Positions 1 through 13,301 of a stretch of 64,000 nt of DNA are shown in pieces; the stretch's first letter is position 1, and every line of letters starts with the position of its first letter. The stretch lies in assembly GCA_965637545.1 (NCBI GenBank), contig OZ281501.1:11656001-11720000 (forward strand). Direction: 5' to 3'. Made by a program: the position numbers and the translations under genes. This stretch comes from Phallusia mammillata (Eukaryota). The notes under the pieces are model-generated. The model saw only the letters and a list, made by a program, of their open reading frames with translations. It was not told where the DNA came from and did no database searches.

Positions 1-3000
1 GCGGCGCCGAAGATCAGAGGCCCGATGAGCATCACAATAAGCAGGGACATTGGTTCGTCGGGACAGCGTAGAAGGGACATGGGCACTGACAGCACCAAGT
101 GCATCTCGGTATTCTGTGGTGAAAAGCAAACTGTCGAATGGGAAACTCCCTGCTGCATGCACCGTTGCCGGTAGAAGTACTCCTCGGGGTCCAGTTGCAT
201 TCCGATACTCGACGCGTTGTCAGACCGAGATTGACAGCCAGTCAGGGATTCGGCGGCTGAGTTGTCGACTTCGTAACGAATTTCACGCACATAGCAATCG
301 CATATGACGGGATTGTTGTAGAGCCACATAGCACGGATGTTTGGTAGGGTTTGGCGGATGGCTGTCGTCCGAAATCGGTAAGCCGACGACGCGACGTTCA
401 TTGAAGATATATTGCAATTCTAAAGAGGATAAAACCTAAATAAATACTTTTTTGAACAAAAATATATCGCCAAAACTAACAAACAATTTTCACGAAAGCA
501 GGAATAGAATACATCAAAGTCGTTGAATACGTTTGTTTGGGCATTATTTTATGTTGATTTAATGTTGATTTAAAATGTTGATTGAGTTTTTGCCATAGTT
601 TATGTAGACAATTTTAATCCTTGATGTACATACCAATATAATTGAATTGCATATATTGGTTTAGATTGATTATTCAACATTAGGGTGTAACTTTTTCCAA
701 TCAGACAGCAAACCAATGACAGAAATCTATTGATTAAAACGGCATGAAGTGTATGAAATGCGATGCGCTGCCTATTTTTCAAAAACATCAATTTCAATTT
801 AGCGATTATTGCCTTTCGGAGCACAACGCAAAAACGTCAGAACGATGCGTCGGTTGCGCCCGTGTGACGTTTGCCCCTGACACCGACTGCGATGAACAAA
901 CATAGTAATTCGACTCAGATGATCGTGTAATTAAAATTACCGCCATAGCCGCGCTGCGTGCAATTGGCACTTTATCGATTTTTGTGCGACCCAGTCTGCC
1001 TCACCACGCTACAGTGCAGCTCGTCGGCTCTGTTGTATTTGTGTTCACTAAATCGCAACGAACCCACCACTTACTGTAAAACTAATATTTGAATCATGAA
1101 TATGCGCTGTAAAGTGTTTGTTGCGTTTCAAAATGTGACTTTTGGCCTTTTACCACAGGTTTACTGTTGCAACAATCGTGAACTTATAATGGATATGAAA
1201 AGAATAGGGTGCCACCCACGTTTCACATTTGTTCAACGCATAAAACCCATTTCGAGTAGCATGAAAGGCGGACGTGCTTATGTTGCGTGAAACGTTGGTT
1301 TTCGGATGACCTTGCGCAGTGACACTATACGCAAAAACAAATAGATCGCGCCGGCCTTCTGTTCAACGCAAAACGTTCTTTCAACAAATTAGTTTTACAG
1401 AGATGCCACACAGTGTTGTTAACAATATCCAAAGTTGGCATATTTAATTACCTCTATTTTTCTTAATACAACTAACGACCCTTAAAGGTTTGATTTTTGC
1501 TAAAAAAATGAGACAAATTTACAAAAACAGCAGTTAAGGAAACTGTTTTGTAATCGTTCATTTTGAGAAGGTACCGATCAGTTAACGATTCAGACGAGAC
1601 CCTCGCAACATCTTTAAATTGGTGATCGATTAATTGCAAATCGTTAATGGCAAGTTGGTTTAAAATCAAAGTAAAACTCTCTTAAAAACTTACCTGAAGA
1701 AACAAGTACTGCAGTTCGGGCAAATGCGTGAAACAATTGTCTTCGAGGGTTGTCAGGTGATAGTTGTTGCGGAGAGAAATCCAACGTATAGTTTCCAAAG
1801 GCAAATACCATTCAGCACCAAGTGATTGCGAATTTATAGAATGGGATGTAATGGGTCTTATATGCTGCACTGTTTCACCTACCGAGGGAGTCATAATATA
1901 TGGCAAGGAGGCTACATCAAGTTGCATGTCACTGTATGTATTTGGGTCGGTCAGTTTCTGGTTTGTGGAAATGGCCACAAACGTGTAATCGTTCACTGTT
2001 TTAAGTTGGTTGTATGACAAATCAAGAGTCTCTAAGGAGCGATGCGGCCCACCATTTAACCAGCCCTGTTCAAGATGTTGAATGCCACTGAAACTGAGGT
2101 TAAGCGTTTTCAATACGTTGAGCTTTTGAAAAGCGAACGATTCGATATGGGTTACATAAGGCAAGCCGTGCATATCTAATGACTGGAGACTGTTTGCTTC
2201 AAGTCCAAGCTCAACAAAGTCCGGTATTCGTGTCATGGGTCGGTTTTCTGCCAGCGATAAATATGTCAAGATGTTAAGGCGTCCTAGAGACTCTTGTTGC
2301 AGGCCTTGGGAACCGATAACATTTGCTGCCAAGTCCAAATACTTGAGGTTGGCAAAACCGGCAAACGAAAGGCGATCGACCATCTTAATGTAATTGTGGC
2401 TAAGATCCAACCTAAAACAAAATATATTGTTTTTACATTAGGAAAGTCCGGTTTTGGTAGCAGAGCTTGAATGCAATTTGTGGGACAGTTTTGCGCGACA
2501 TAGTGAATCCAGGAACGGGGAATGAAAAACATTTATTGTTTATCAAACATTATTTCGAAACATAAGCATATGTTCGTGTACAAACATCTTGACGGGTATC
2601 ATAAATTACATGTGGTATACAGAGCGTTCACCATATGGTTGATATTTGTTTGTTTACTTTCGGTTGTAACATGGTTACGGAGATTACTTTCAACATTACA
2701 TAAAGTTACAGCAAAACACAATCCTACCTTTCCAGAAACTTTAAAGGTTCCAAAGTGACCGGAGAAATTCTTTCAATTGAATTGTAAGATAAATCCAATA
2801 CAATAAGACGCGTGTTCTCCAAGCTTGCTGACCAACCAAGGTCAGTTATCAGGTTGTAGGCAAGATCCAAGGTATGCAAGGAGTAAAAGGTATCAAAGGC
2901 ACCGATGTCAATATGCGATAAAAGATTGTTCCTTGCACGGAAGATAGAAACTTTGGCGTAATATGTATCATTCGAAGAAATAGAAATGTTCTCTAGTCGT

Positions 3001-3311
3001 TTCATCTTGTTTCCATTTAGATGGAGACTGAAGACGTTTTTTGGGAGGCTGTTGGGTAAAGTTGCCAGATCTGCATGAGAACAGTTGACTAGCACGTGAG
3101 TTAAGTTTCCCATTGCCATGAGCTCTGGCGAACTATCAGATTTAGATGTTGGCGAATAACTTGAACACTTGCAAGGCTTAGGACACATCGGTACCGTAAC
3201 AGCAGCATTCACTGACAAATTAGGAAAACACATGAGCAAGGAAAGTACAAGAAAACTGCATAGTCTTTTCAGGGGCTCTGTCGAAAATCTTTGGACACGT
3301 AAACAAATCAT
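1..3311 (-). CDS. LRR single-pass membrane receptor, N-terminal ~573 aa (continues off the left edge)
   Basis: Exons 3311-2728, 2411-1694 and 419-<1 join in frame at GT-AG junctions (KFLER|LDLSHN; YLFLQ|NCNISS). Hydrophobic signal region, LRRNT CPKPCKC, repeated LxxLDLSxN motifs, LRRCT WLYNNPVICDC, then a hydrophobic stretch SLLIVMLIGPLIFGA at the window edge. Start codon uncertain. Confidence 0.85.
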
Positions 3312-6300
3312 GGTAGCGTTTACGGTAAACTTAGTTTGTTCCCAAAAGCAAAAAAACTGCTCAGTGACTGGACGTCCTTCCGTTTCGTTCACACCTTGAA
3401 ATGCCCTGATATCCTGCTATTGTTATTAATGCTGGTCGCAGAGACCACGTGCGTGCATGTTCGCACTTTGGCACGTAGCGAATGACATTACATCTGCAAC
3501 AACAAAGAAAGTTACAATCGCCATTGCTGGCAACACGCCGAAATCCGCCGTGAAAAACAATGTGTGATGTAGAATACCCTTTCTATCACAAGGTTATATG
3601 TTCAACACATTTTACGTAACGTAGCTTAGTAACAGAACAAATGTCTAACTCCAATCTTTTCTGCTCAAAGCAAATCCTGAAGGTGCTCATATCGCGTGTA
3701 ACAGCTATTCATAACAACAGCTGCGGGTGACAATTATCAACCTTGCGTTTGTTTCGGTCTTCTACCAGTACATGGCATGCTACAGTGGTCAAGCGTTGTA
3801 CACGTATAAATCATATCCTGAACTCTTCGTCTGAACAACGTCGTCGCATACACGATGAGCACATACTCGTTGATTCACTGTATTCTGTCACAAAAAGTCA
3901 GCTTCGCAATGTTTTCGATATGATTTGCGACACTAAAAATTTGGAAATTTATTATTTATCGCGCACATTAGGCTTTAGAAAAGTGACAGAATTACAAATA
4001 AGAGGGTCGAGGTACAGCAATGGCATCACCTGCGTCGCTAAGCTAAGGCGTGAAACCGACATATAGCCAACGGCGCGCACAGCGTGAAGTAGCGGCAACA
4101 CCTATATCCAACATACAAAATCACTTCTCAACATGCCACATTCCAGTATCAATTGAATAAGTTGCGTAATACAGTAAACGTAAACCACGTGCAATTAAGA
4201 ACTTCGCTTTTAGTAATTTGCATAGAACATGTCAACATCGCTAAGTATAGGATTTTAATTTATACACATAGACCTTCGTTGAGGTGGGTTATTCCTTTGG
4301 ATATATATACCTAAGCAAACGTCCAAACGAGTTCTTTGAGTCATAACCTGACCCTGAGCTGGCGCTACCACGTTTTAACTAATTATAGTCTCTTCCCCTT
4401 CCTTAAAGCTATCACAAAAAAGGCGTAGTAATAAACTGCCTGCAAAATAAGTTTAAAACATAAAATAATAACACATTCATAGGCAAACGGCTTACACAAG
4501 CTTTCGTCTAATACGGTGACATACCAAAATGCGTGACTGGTTTGTATGCAACAGGACAGAATGTATGTCGCTCTTTGGAGATACGAAACACGTTTACACC
4601 AGCACACATCATTCGTCAAGCTGTCCCACATGTCATTTTGTCGCATTATAAAAGAAACGACCTGATATGCGTATAGACGGTTTACTTTTTGGTCCTCCCA
4701 TCTTCATTGACGTCAAAAAGCGTCGAGCGTAACAAAGCAACGCGATTTCGCCGTCGTTTGCCGCGACCACACGTATTGTGGAATGCCGCATATTTTCACC
4801 AATGCAACAACTCCAAGCGAATTTCCGCGAGGAAAGCAGTTTTCATTGATGTATCGCGCTTAAGTTGCTCGCTGACTAATTCAACGGCAAGTAATGGATT
4901 ATTCATGAATTCAGTATGCAGCAGCTTTTGCTAATTGTGACATCCCCACAGACGAAGCGGCATTGCGCACACGTGGATGTCCAAAATGAAACCGGAATTA
5001 TATTAAACCAACGAATAACGGAAAAATTGTGATTCCCAACAGATGGTCCATCATTTTGTGTCAACTGTGCACCTAAATAAAGTTGCACCAACTGAACCCT
5101 GTCAGTTTAGGGTTGCTTATAATTTAGGCTAGCAAGTTCTTCCCGTATAAATATTTATCTAAACGCGGAAACGACTCACCGGAGCAGAAACAAATAAACA
5201 CGTAGTTTAAGCAAAAACGACCCAAAATCCATTGATTCACCCTACAACCAGACGACATTCAATGGCCATGTCCAGCTGTCCTTTGGGAGTAGCAGAGGTG
5301 GTCTGCCTTGTAATTATATTTTTGCGCGATCTTGTGCCTCAAAAAAGCGGCACTAATTGGCGGCTGTCCTGCAATGTTAAAATTCTTTACGCCTGCAGTT
5401 TGACAAGATAACTTGTACGAGCGCAAATCTGTTTAGGTATTTTGACATTTCTGTTCACTTCTTATACCTGTTACTTTGCAAACCATACAAACTTTCCCCG
5501 TGTTTCTGATCAATGATTAACTATGATGTTGTTCACGTAAGTAAAGGCTAGAAAGGGGCGGAATTCTCTGGTCACTGGGTAAACAAATTTCAGCATCAAC
5601 CAATATTCGACCGAAACTCGTGGCAAGGCAAAGCAACCAAGTCTGGTGTAAAATGTGTACATACTGTATCAGCACCCACTATCTATAGACAAAGTACGTG
5701 ATCGAAAATCTTTCATGCCCCACAGACCAATAACATCCTGACAAAGGGCGTCAAGTTGTCACGAAAGCGTTTGCTTACCCAAGCGACCTGGACAAAGCAC
5801 GCGTGGAAGGCGCTATCTTTTGGGAGAAAACTGCCCAGCAGTACTTGCTTTATTTAAAGCGAAAACACAATTAAAGCACTAGTGGTATAAAGTTTTTAGG
5901 TTGTAAGCTTGCACACAAACATTGGTAAGACCCAGTGTACAAAAATAGTGACATCTCAAACACATTAGACCCAACAGGTGGCTGTTTCTCATGCTGATCG
6001 TGACACACGGCTACACACAGATTTGCTGACCTCTAATTTATCAGTACCTTACGATTGTTTCAAACATATAGCCTTGAGATTTTTGAGCTAGGACTGACTC
6101 GCGTTTTTTTATGACTAAAACGAAGAGTCACATAACATCCAGTCTATATCACTGCTGGTTTGATTAATCATCGAAAAACGAAGCGAAACTTCTTCAAAAT
6201 TCCTTTTCTTAACTCTTACTACTAAACCCGGTGCTATAAAATCAGTTAACAAACAGCAAAGAAAATAACACCTTTTTTATTTCAAAAATACAGTTTATTT

Positions 6301-9212
6301 TAGGCTGTGTAATGTTTCGTAATGGGGGTTTGCTGTATATTCTGAACCACCTAACGAAAGTTTTGGTTTCTAACAACAGTTTTTAAACCAGAAAAAAATG
6401 AGACCTCATATCTAATAGACGACAATTTTAGGTTAAACCGATTTTTGACTAGAATGTCGCCTCTTCGTTAATCCGCTTTAGGTGTGGTGGATAAGGTTTG
6501 TTTTGTACCAAATGACGTGTCGGACATTTTACAACTGAGGCATAAAGTCTGTCGCGATAAACAGCATTGAAAATCCGTAACGCTGAACTTGAATCAATCC
6601 CTACAAACTGCCACAGACGAATACCGGAAGGATTTCCACAGCAGAACTTAGCAACTACTAAACCACTTAACGATAATCGTAGAGTGTCACTCACAATTTA
6701 CTTCCGTGTACGCTTAGACGCTTTCAGACTTGTAGCGTACGTGGGTCGCCGTTTAATAATTAAACGATTCTTTGCGGAAAAGCAATATCTGGTTCAATCA
6801 ACGCAACTTGGTGAAAAGTCCACACTCCCACAGCTACTAAAAATCAATGCCTACGAGGCCACTTATTTACATATTAGAAACACATTTTAAACAGCTCAAA
6901 TTTTATCTCGAAAAAACTCGTAAAAACGTCTACTTAGACGGTGTTAGGCCGTTACGCACTATATGAAATGTTGCGAATCCGAAACGCCGTTGTGGCTGGT
7001 TATAATTATCTTGTTTCAAAGGGACCATTTGGGCATCGTTTTTCAGCGGAACGTCACCTACGGTCGTGTGCAAAACCCACAGCTTGTAATTGGCCCACGT
7101 ACTTGTCCTGGCAGGTCGTTACGTCAATGGGCCCGGCGAAGTCGGTATTCGGAGTTTTTTCTTTTGCGGTCTTTCGGAGTTCAACGTTAATCCGCCTCCG
7201 TGTTAAGCGGCCGTGTTATAATACGCTTAATAAGACACACAGACACATAGTTTAAGTTATTTTGAGTGTTTTGCGCAGTAATCAGTCAAACCTTTACCTG
7301 GTCAACTTTTTCGCATAAACAAGCTTGTTTTGACATAAATTTTATTCAATTTAAAATTTCACCATGTTTTCTATGGTTTGGTTTTGCCTTTTCTGCAAGC
7401 CTAAAACCAGCCATTGTCCCGCACCTCTATGCGAAAACGTATCAGTCCTTTCATGAACAACACCAAATAGTGAAGAAAGCATAAATTTGACCATATCCGG
7501 AGTTTATGTTAAAATATGGCATAGGTTTATAAACCAAGGCTTTGAGGCGAAACGTTTCTCTGTGGTACAGGATTCAAAGATTTTCTGGTGGGACACTGCG
7601 TTTATAATTTTGGGTGGGTGGCAATATGGGAGGCCTGCTCGCAGCCACTAGAGCTCGGTGATATTTGATTTGTTAAGCCAAGATGCAAAAACTGTCTGAG
7701 TGAATGATCACCATCAACAAACATGTAATGCTGTAGACAAAACAGTCCTTGTACAAAAGAAAACTGACCGCATGTTGGTAACTACAGCGGTTACCAATCA
7801 CAACAAGACCTCACAGAAGCGTACAGCTCAAACAATTGCAATTACCTCACATCTCACACATAAAACAACTAGGATCTTCCTCAAATACCGGTAGACACTG
7901 CACTTACGTCTCACGATTGGGTGTATTTTGCTGCAATTTAGCAAACCGTCAGATAGAAATTAAGCAAATTTAGATAGACGGTAAGTAAGAAACGATTTAG
8001 CACGACAAAACACTGTCAGATTTACGTTAAAAGTTAAAATGACCAAAAACATTTGGCGGTTTGTAGACGTAAGCCTGCAGGAATATGAAAGAATTAAGAC
8101 TTAGTCGTTTAATTGGCTCATTAGGTGCGCTTTCGTGGGCTCATATATAGTAGATTTGAAACAAGTAAACTGTCATTTTCACTTATATATATATTCACTG
8201 CCCTGCAAATGATTATGGTGCACTGGACAGCAGCGAAATGCAGAGTATCAACCAATGAGGCAAACACACATAAGAGGCATTGGTCGAATGAACTTGTGGT
8301 GATCTTATTTCAGTCAATCAATATGATTACACGCAGCAGGTGAACCACACACGTGCGTACTACCCCATAATGTATTTGCAGCAAATCAGTTATGTGTGCG
8401 GGTTTGCACGGGTTCCCTATAACCTACTTTAGAGTACTAAACATTTAAACGTAAAAAGTATTTTTGATTCAGTCAGTATCTCTTAAACTGCCACAAATCT
8501 TACGGTCTCTCTTGTACGGATGAAAAGGATTTTTAATAAAATTCTAAGTTTAAAACAAATCACTGAAATTAGATGGACATCAATATAACTTCACCCAATT
8601 ATCAAGTTCGTGTATGTTTACAACCCTCAATGACGCAACGGTTTGTCACGATACCGGAAAATAGCTGCAGGTTGAGAAGCGTGAAAACGAGCCTGGTTTT
8701 GTTGGAAGGCGCCAACTGGACGAGTTTGGGTGATTTCGTGAGCGTCAATGCTGGCAATTAACGCTGCACCTGCCCTTCTTATGCCAAGCAGCAGCACCTC
8801 AATTGCGCCAAGGTCCGTCCTCTGAGCATGGGTGCTCTGACGTCATATACTCTGTTGTCGTGCGTCCCCAGATCCGACGGAGAACGCGCTCCTGTCGCCG
8901 ATATAGTATATTCTTATTGTTGATTATTTTTAATTACGGAAACAATTGTAATCGCACATTACGTGCGTTGTGACGTCACCAAGTCGCTGGTCTGATCCAC
9001 AGAAAGGCGCCAAGTACTGCCAATTTTTTTTACGCACGCCTTTTACTACGCCTAATTTTCAAATACCAATACAAGCCATTAGGTGCAAACTAACTCCGTA
9101 TGTGTAATACAGGTCTCAAATACATCTGTGTGTACAGAAACGTCAGGTGAAGTTACAGTAAAATGTAAAAGGATAGTGCTGAAATAAAACGCGTTTAACA
9201 GCTAGCGGCAAA

Positions 9213-12200
9213 ATGTTGATTTTGTTGAGTTGCCTGTTTCTTTTACGAGTGTCAGGAAGGCCTACAACCGTGACCACGTCATATCCACTTCAGACTGAAG
9301 CAGAAAGCACGCAACTCTACTTCACATCTTCAGGCCAAAAAACTGCGGAACAAAATTCGCTTTTAAGGCAGAACCCTGTGAGTTTACCTGTCTGTCCTTC
9401 GGAATGTCACTGCTACGCAATTACAATAGTAGACTGCAGTCGTGCAAACTTGACGTACATTCCAATCGAGAGTTTGCAATCTGTTCACGCGACTGTTGAG
9501 GAACGTATCGGTATTCCACCTTTAACCTTGCAGCTGCACTTGGGATTTAACAACATTACAGTCATACATGACGACGCCTTTCTGGTCGGCGGGCGCAACC
9601 TGGAAAATCTGTACCTTCAAAACAACGCAATCAGCTTCGTTCGACCACGCGCCTTTCGCGGATTGATGAAGCTGAAATATTTGGACGTCAGTCACAACCT
9701 CGTTAGTACGCTCGTCCACATTATCACTTCATCAGTGAACAGCACCATTTCCTGCCGCAACCAGTCCGTGTTTGCACCTCTCCGTGACAGTCTATTGTCT
9801 CTGCAGTTATCTTATAACCAGATCGCCGCCATCCCGGACGAATCCTTCGTCAAGTTTCGGCACTTGGAAGTTTTGTCGCTCAGCAACAACCGAATTTCTT
9901 GGATTGGTCGTCATGCTTTCGCTGACTTACGTAACTTGAAAACTCTTGTGTTGAGGGCCAACCCTTTGGGACCTACTACAGTGCAAAATATCGGACACGT
10001 TTTGAGTTACTTTTCAATGGGAATTGCCACTCCTACTGACGATGCGGGGAGACAGAAATTTTGCTCCAGTATTTTTCTTAATGTTTCTGGCCATGAAAAT
10101 GATAAAATAAAATACCTAGATTTGGGTGAAACCAATTTAACTTCAATCCCCTCTTTGTTGCCCTTTTCACTGAGAGTCCTGATGTTGGATGGGAACAAAA
10201 TAACGGAAATAGTGCCACCAGCTTTCAGAAACAGTCCCCTTTTGCAAGTGTTGCACCTGGCCAATAACCGAATTCGCATCATACCTGACGGGATTTTCAG
10301 ATACAATTATCAGCTGCACCTGCTGGATCTATCCAGAAACAGGCTGGAAAATTTGACGACTAATGCTTTTTGTGGATTAGTTAATCTTCAAATTCTTCGT
10401 TTGTACAGAAATCCTACTCTGCGCTCTATTCCTCGAAAGGTATGATTTTGCACACTGTAGCGTTTTATTTAAATAAGTTACCCGCTGTGAATCCCTGGGT
10501 TGCTGCGTAAACAGCGAAAATGTCGGTGAAGGTTTTCACATCACACGAAATAAAATAATTACACTAGTAACAATACCGCTTTTATTACATGATGGAGGTC
10601 TTTTTAATGCTTCTAAAACGGACATTGCCTATACTTACATAGGATTGTACATGTTTGCAGAAAAGTATGCGTGTTTGTTTTGTGGCGTAATCAAGTAACC
10701 AGAAATACACCGAGTTCGTTTTGTTTAGATTTTTTCAGGTACCATACGTTTGGCGGTTTTGTATTTACATGACTGTGGGATTAGTGATCTGCCTATGGGT
10801 CCTTGGATACATCGACTAGCGGGTTTGTGGCTTTATGGAAATCCTCTTGATTGCAGCTGTTCGACTTTGGTCCCAATCCTTAGTGAGTTACGTTATCCGG
10901 GAAACAAAAAACTCCGTCTTGATCCATACAGGTGAAATATCTTGTGTATATGGTACCTGAAGGTATTGAAGGCCCAATGATATTATTTGTGAATGTATTT
11001 GAAAAAATCTAAGGACTTATGGGCGACGAAAAAAAAAATTCCAAAGGGGGCAGATTTTGACAAATACACACTTACATGAATAGATTACTATATTAAGAAG
11101 TTATGTGCGGATGGGCATAAAATATAGCCCATGGAGTATAATTGCGTCTACAATGCATATATCACGTGTTCCTTTGTCTGTTCGAAACAGCAGTAAAACG
11201 CCATAGCTTCTGCAAGCAACACCAGATACGTAAATAAAGCAGACATTTGCCACATGTTCGTTCTGTAACAGTTTGGCAGTTGTTTATTTTGTCAGTTTAG
11301 GGAATAGTTTTTAGGTAGGCCCTATAATACTTGCAAGTACTTTATATCGTGTATGAAACACCTAAGTTAAGTTTAACAGTTTTATTTCTGACACGAGACA
11401 AACTGGTTGTTGGTGTTTTGAGTATTTTTTTGAAAAAACAAGTCTTGCATTGTTAAAAGATAAACCCACGTTCTGTAATGAAAGTGCTTCAAAAGCCCTA
11501 AAAAACAAACAAACATACTGTGCGCACATAAACTGGTTTGGTCAAGAATTACCTGTATAAAGAAATATTCAGCTTGATAGCGAAAGAACTGTTTTTTTAG
11601 AGACCCTGCATGGGACGACCAGGAGACGTGGTCGCACCAAAGGCCAAGCCACACACAGTGTTCTACACCACCACGAATGGCAGGACTCTCCGTCAAAGAT
11701 ATATCACTTTACCACATGTCTTGTTCGGTTCAGGTACAATAGATATTGAAGACAAACCGTCAAGGTGTAGATTCGCCAGAAACACCCACTAAAAGCCATT
11801 TTTTAAACTTTATTCCCGACTATTTCACATACTATTTGTCTATATTGAGGTTTTTCATGATTATGGATTCTTGTTTACTCTATTCGACCTGTTTAAAGCT
11901 GAAATTTGTACCGAATTCCAACACGAGATTGCAATTTACATTTTAAGGAGGCCACAGGTCCTGCAGGGTTACTTGAAGGGAGCCACGAGACCCAAAAGTT
12001 ACTTTTAGGGGGCCATGGTCCGCGAAAGGTTGAAAACCACTGCGTTAAACTAATCAGCAGTTGTTAATATTTGTGCATCCTCGAGTGCGTGATTATACTA
12101 GATCCAAATGAAGTATGCCAGAGAGATAATTCGATTCATTGGTATAGTTGCATAATATTTTATAACACGCCTAGACTTTTTTGTAACAAATAGGTAAACA

Positions 12201-12840
12201 TTTGGGAATCTGTATGAAATCTTTTGTAGCTATTATGCTCTTAACATGTAATAAACGTGATACCAAAAACAACCGATGTTGCCTTATTTAACAGGAGTGG
12301 GACTTGGTTACTCGCTACAAACGCCTGGCAATCGCAAAAGATCCAAACTATAATGATCCAGACTATCACTCCTACTACTACTCAGATGTAGAGACCACAG
12401 CACCCAGCCAATTACAGGATTATTCACTACTTGAAAACTACAACACGGCGACTTCAGATCCAGTTGCAGTATCCATGGAAGATCACAAAATTTCTGAGAT
12501 GTCAACCCGAGGAAACAACTCTTCTTTATGGGTGATTGAAATCCCGCTTTCTGAAGACGCCGAACTAGCAAAAAATTATCAAGGAGATTCGAATTATTAC
12601 AATCTTCCTGGGGATAATGATGACGCGTACTCTGGTGACGGGCCGGCCGCTATTGATTTCGAAAACGATGTAGCATTGTTGTTGGACGAAGAAGACGCGC
12701 TTGTTTACAAGGAAAAGAGTCGAAAGACAGACCTTACAAGCGAGTGGTTGGCTTATTATGAACACGTGATACCTGACGACAACATACGGGATTTAGAGAC
12801 TGATTTCGGGACATATGAATACGATTATCAATTCAAGTAA
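9213..12840 (+). CDS. Secreted LRR protein (~702 aa) with C-terminal acidic Tyr-rich tail
   Basis: Exons 9213-10439, 10729-10931, 11601-11733 and 12295-12840 are phase-compatible. Signal peptide MLILLSCLFLLRVSG, LRRNT CPSECHC, multiple LRRs, LRRCT split over exons 2-3 (WLYGNPLDCSC...CSTPPRMAGLSVKDISLYHMSC). No transmembrane segment in the last exon. Confidence 0.85.
11763..12042. mobile_element. hAT/Charlie-type MITE, left-truncated
   Basis: Ends in GGTTGAAAACCACTG (Charlie-like TIR); about 200 bp closely match 37850-38049. Confidence 0.75.
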
Positions 12841-13301
12841 ATTACGAACCAAGTGTGCTCTATAACAATTCACGCCGCAATGTGGTTGTGAAAAGTAGTC
12901 AGCTTTGTGTGCAAAAAAGCTTTTTAAATGTTTTATTATTTCCAACAGGACGGGTTAACGACGCTTTAACGTCATATAAGTTACAAAAAGTTGCTCTTAA
13001 ATATCTCTTGATTTTTTATTGGTTTGACAGATATTTTTTAGGTGAGTATACATCCGTCCGTGAACAACTGTTTTTGTAAAGTTTTTATTTTCATCCATCA
13101 GACAGTTGAATGGAGATAAGTCACAACAAACAGCCGATTTGGTAACACATAAGTTTATTGCACAGCTAATATAAGAAATGCGAAGTTTTTTCAGGGCTCA
13201 ATACACTCAGCAATTTCCGAAGCATGAATGAATGTCGAGCAATTATTTTACGAGAAATCCAGTGATAACGTTCACAGTGTACAACTGTCAATAGTAAAAC
13301 T

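Noticed and set aside
6449-7255. Overlapping 75-107 aa ORFs between the LRR genes
   Set aside because: Mostly non-ATG starts, no domains, expected by chance in CpG-rich intergenic DNA.
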